Shown: positions 60,876 to 64,000 of the stretch, one piece after another
How positions within the stretch are numbered: position 1 is the stretch's first letter
How the letters are laid out: the number at the start of each line of letters is the position of its first letter
The notes under the pieces: model-generated
Told to the model about the DNA's origin: nothing
What the model saw: only the letters and a program-made list of their open reading frames with translations
Databases searched by the model: none
Assembly: GCA_038888155.1 (NCBI GenBank)
Contig: JAWAJB010000004.1
Location: 110,186 to 174,185, forward strand
DNA: 64,000 bases
From: Desulfurococcaceae archaeon
GTDB lineage: Archaea > Thermoproteota > Thermoprotei_A > Sulfolobales > Desulfurococcaceae
Reading direction: 5' to 3'
Program-made: the position numbers and the translations under genes

Positions 60876-61658
60876 AACTTGCTATTCCTACCCTATAGCA
60901 TAACAATCTTCCGTTTTGGAAAAGCTCGGTTAGTATTCATGAGGGTTGTTCTCGAAAATACCATGCTACTTCCAGTCATAATAGTGGCGTCAATGTCATC
61001 GCATATTACGTCTTTAACCAAATATCTTATCGGGTTATTCTTAGCTAATATCCTGCTAACAGCTCTCTACGAAATTCAATACGTCGTAAACGATGTAATA
61101 GTTAGTAAACGTGAAGATAAGCCCAGTCACAGGATATACGGTACCAACATCTTATTGATCGTGTTATCAAGACTTCTTTATTCTGTGATTGCAATTCCAT
61201 GTCTTTTGACGCTTGGCTTTACTAAAAATAACATCGCCTTAGCGCTTTTAGGGTTATTTTTGGCGTTTTTCTTTCATAATATAGAACCGATTAAGCTACG
61301 AAGGTCTATGACCTTTCCACTAGTAAGGCTCGCACGGTACTCGTTTATCCCGCTTATAATGATAGGAAAAGAAAAATTGCTGTGTGATGTGATAATTGCC
61401 TACATACCGCTCCTAATATTAGAGTCCATCAGCGGCTTTAAGTACAATGTCGAGAAATATGGATATGCGCTTCCAGAAATAAGGTACCCATGGTTTTATT
61501 TATTTGGTATATTCTTACCGCTTCAACTACTATTAGTATCAGACTGGCGCATATTAGGAGGCAACTTCCTGCTCACGTTATCATCACTCCTTAAAAATCT
61601 CTTGTTCAGGGTCTTTCCACTAGAAGAAAATTTAAAGTATCGTAATTTGCTTGGGTGA
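60861..61658 (+). CDS. Multi-pass membrane protein, UbiA-prenyltransferase-like
   Basis: YEIQYVVND...REDKPSHR resembles the UbiA first Asp-rich loop; several TM helices; GGAGGTG SD. Confidence 0.6.
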   Translation: MMLNKNLLFLPYSITIFRFGKARLVFMRVVLENTMLLPVIIVASMSSHITSLTKYLIGLFLANILLTALYEIQYVVNDVIVSKREDKPSHRIYGTNILLIVLSRLLYSVIAIPCLLTLGFTKNNIALALLGLFLAFFFHNIEPIKLRRSMTFPLVRLARYSFIPLIMIGKEKLLCDVIIAYIPLLILESISGFKYNVEKYGYALPEIRYPWFYLFGIFLPLQLLLVSDWRILGGNFLLTLSSLLKNLLFRVFPLEENLKYRNLLG

Positions 61659-61685
61659 TGATCGATCGCCCGCAAACGGTCTCCT

Positions 61686-62372
61686 ATGATTTTCGTTGAT
61701 CTTGATGGAACCTTAACTAAGTCTCATATCAATAATACCTATACGTTCATCTGGTTACTAATTCTTAGGAAGGCTACGCGATTAAGGAAAATTGCTTATA
61801 GAGTGCTGTTAAGAATAGTACCTGCAATAACGTCCTTATACAATCTCTTAAAAATATCTTCACTTGGAATATCTCTAGACTCGATATTAATTACAATGTT
61901 GTTATTCGGATTTAGCATGCATGATGTCAAGTCTTTTTCATTAACCTGGTTGAAGATATTGATTAGTAAGAAACTGTTCAACGAGAAAGTCCTTGAGTAC
62001 ATCAAGATTACGAAGAATAAAAATGGTGCCGAGATACATTTACTCACAGCCTGCATAGAATATCCGGCTTGCTTAATTGCTAAGATGCTGTCTCTGGATA
62101 AATGTTTCGGAAAACGTTTTATAACAGTAGGAAACCGTATTGTAGCAGTTGAACCGTTTCATTCTTACATACTTAAGGCGAAATTTCTTAAACGGGCAGG
62201 TCTTAGTGAAGATAATGAGAAGATCTATGTTTTAGATCTAGATTCTGCGCTTTTAGAAAAGAAACTTTTATTATTATTTGATAAAATTATAATAGTAGGA
62301 CCTCACGGAACTATGCTTGAGTCTTTTAAAGTGTTTAATAAAATAACATTGATAAAGTTTGAACTTATGTAG
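61686..62372 (+). CDS. HAD-superfamily hydrolase (IB-like)
   Basis: FVDLDGTL motif I, LLTA motif II, LKA Lys motif. Confidence 0.75.
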   Translation: MIFVDLDGTLTKSHINNTYTFIWLLILRKATRLRKIAYRVLLRIVPAITSLYNLLKISSLGISLDSILITMLLFGFSMHDVKSFSLTWLKILISKKLFNEKVLEYIKITKNKNGAEIHLLTACIEYPACLIAKMLSLDKCFGKRFITVGNRIVAVEPFHSYILKAKFLKRAGLSEDNEKIYVLDLDSALLEKKLLLLFDKIIIVGPHGTMLESFKVFNKITLIKFELM

Positions 62373-63160
62373 ATTTGGTTTATACTATAGCGTTAATTTC
62401 ATCGCTCTCTACTAGAGGGGTTTTGAAAGAAATGGCTGTTAAGCAGTGTTGCTGACCGTCATTTGCAAATCTTCTTTGAGCTTAAAAATATTTTTCTGGT
62501 TCGCGGAATTTTATCCTTGCGTCTCTATTAGCATTGGTTTTAAGCTTTCCAGTTCCAGCACCATATATGCGACATCATGTTCCCTATATACTTCTTTAAA
62601 GCTGTGTAATCTGAGTAGTCAGCAGTGTTAAAGACCATTGGCATGGGTTTAATATGGGTTGGTATAAAATAGACCATGCTGGAATCTGCCTAGTGACCGA
62701 AACTAACCAAGTAAGAGAATGAGAGGTTGTGATAGACCAAACACCATGAACTTTACAATAATCTGGAAATTTCCAGTAAAGCTGAATTAGCAACGAGTAG
62801 CAATCAGCAGTAATTCAACAGAAACAGATTTAAGAGTGTATACGGTGCACTATGTTCAAACCTTTAAGCCACCGCGATACCTTCGCTAAACCCTATGAAA
62901 GCATCTCGGAAAGCTTGACCACGGGATCGCTGCCTCAGGACCGAGATCCGGTAACATGCCATGTAACTACCTCTCTTCGTCACCATCAGCATGCCCCTAC
63001 GCTTAATTTCACCAACAGCTCCTCGAGCACCTCTTTATTTACTCTATGCCTCCCGTTCTCAATCACGCCATTCGTAGAGCTGGTTGTGCCGCCTAACTTC
63101 CGCATTTCAAATCCTCAACCTTAGTAGTGTAAATGAACAACAACCACCTAACGTCATCGT

Positions 63161-63290
63161 TTACCAAGACCTGGAGACATATTATACAATGTAGCCTACA
63201 TCGGTAAGATAACGAGGCTTACTTGATTCAAGCCGGTATCACTCGAAGATGAGCTTAAGAAGACCATAAGCAAGCTGAAGACGTATGGTA
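63161..63290 (+). pseudogene. NAD-dependent epimerase, C-terminal remnant
   Basis: LPRPGDILYNVAYIGKITRLT*FKPVSLEDELKKTI; stop at 63224 where Gly is expected. Confidence 0.75.
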
Positions 63291-63780
63291 CCCTAGGACA
63301 CCCGGTTCTATATAGCTCAGAGGTCAAGAGAGTAGTAACAGTACCAACTTTCTGCCTCCCAGGAGAAATCTAGCGGTGATACTAGACAAAGTTAAACTTT
63401 GCATAGAAGTATGTCAAAGCAACCCAAATCTACCGAGACAAAGCATCAGTTCAGCCTATCCATAGCCAGCAAGATACAGACTATCAAGACGTATATGAAG
63501 GACAACAGTATTAGTTACGGTAGGGCTGTGACAATGAAGAGGGCTGAATAAGACGAGCGGAGTTATACGTAGTCCCATCGAAGAACTGGTCAATAAGGTT
63601 GCGAATAGCCTCTGCAGAGAGAGCAATAAACCGCATAACAAAAGAGGTCCCCTAGACGTAAAGGCAACATTCAAACTAGATAAGTTAGGAGATTAACGCG
63701 TTTAAATACTGTATCATGCAGAGACCATTAAGGAGCTCAGAGCTACGGTCCCCGCGGGGAAGACCATCAGTTACAGATGA

Positions 63781-64000
63781 TCACGATTTTGCGACCAAAT
63801 ATACTCTAACACCATCGTTGTTGTAGATAAGATCGTTTGTAGAGGCAAGTCTAACGTGTATCTCCATGAATGGATAGTCTAAATTGATGGAGCCTATTGG
63901 TACGTATTCCCAAGATGTAGCCATGGGGATGACGATTTGGTTCTTAAATTTAGGAATAGATTCTATTATTTTTCTCTCAAATTCATCAATGAACAAGAAA
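63781..64000 (-). CDS. C-terminus of a probable membrane/glycan-locus protein; 5' part outside window
   Basis: Frame open to window edge; ends NDLIYNNDGVRVYLVAKS. Confidence 0.55.
   Translation of the reverse strand, partial: FLFIDEFERKIIESIPKFKNQIVIPMATSWEYVPIGSINLDYPFMEIHVRLASTNDLIYNNDGVRVYLVAKS

Larger units (their letters stand above)
59840..64000. mobile_element. tRNA-Ser-integrated island, left part (boundaries approximate; right end outside window)
   Basis: int(N)/tRNA junction, visibly AT-richer DNA, pseudogenes and cell-surface cargo. Confidence 0.7.

Overview
Core-chromosome window of a crenarchaeon, most likely Desulfurococcales/Desulfurococcaceae-like (fused Rpo2, split Rpo1N/1C, S26e, PolB1, long S6e, many TTG/GTG starts). 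Bases 1-59,870 hold mostly conserved information-processing genes: TFB, Cdc6, RNA polymerase, ribosomal proteins, translation factors, KEOPS, RNase P, proteasome, exosome, EF-2 and PolB1. There are six tRNAs, four with short 37/38 introns. Reading the DNA directly adds features the ORF track misses: the TFB 5' end, S27ae, a CTG-initiated DUF3194-like gene, an aCcr1/CdrS-type RHH regulator, two box C/D sRNAs, and a K-turn in the l7ae leader. One sRNA is predicted to guide 23S Gm2251; the other forms the trmI 5' leader. rps28e is on the minus strand (the track labels it +). From tRNA-Ser(GCT) at 59,870 an AT-rich integrated island begins. It carries an SSV-type int(N) fragment, a split epimerase pseudogene, a UbiA-like + HAD pair, and two paralogous membrane-protein genes (one decayed, one cut by the window edge). 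Family calls and rRNA targets come from motif recognition and recalled consensus sequences; no searches were run.
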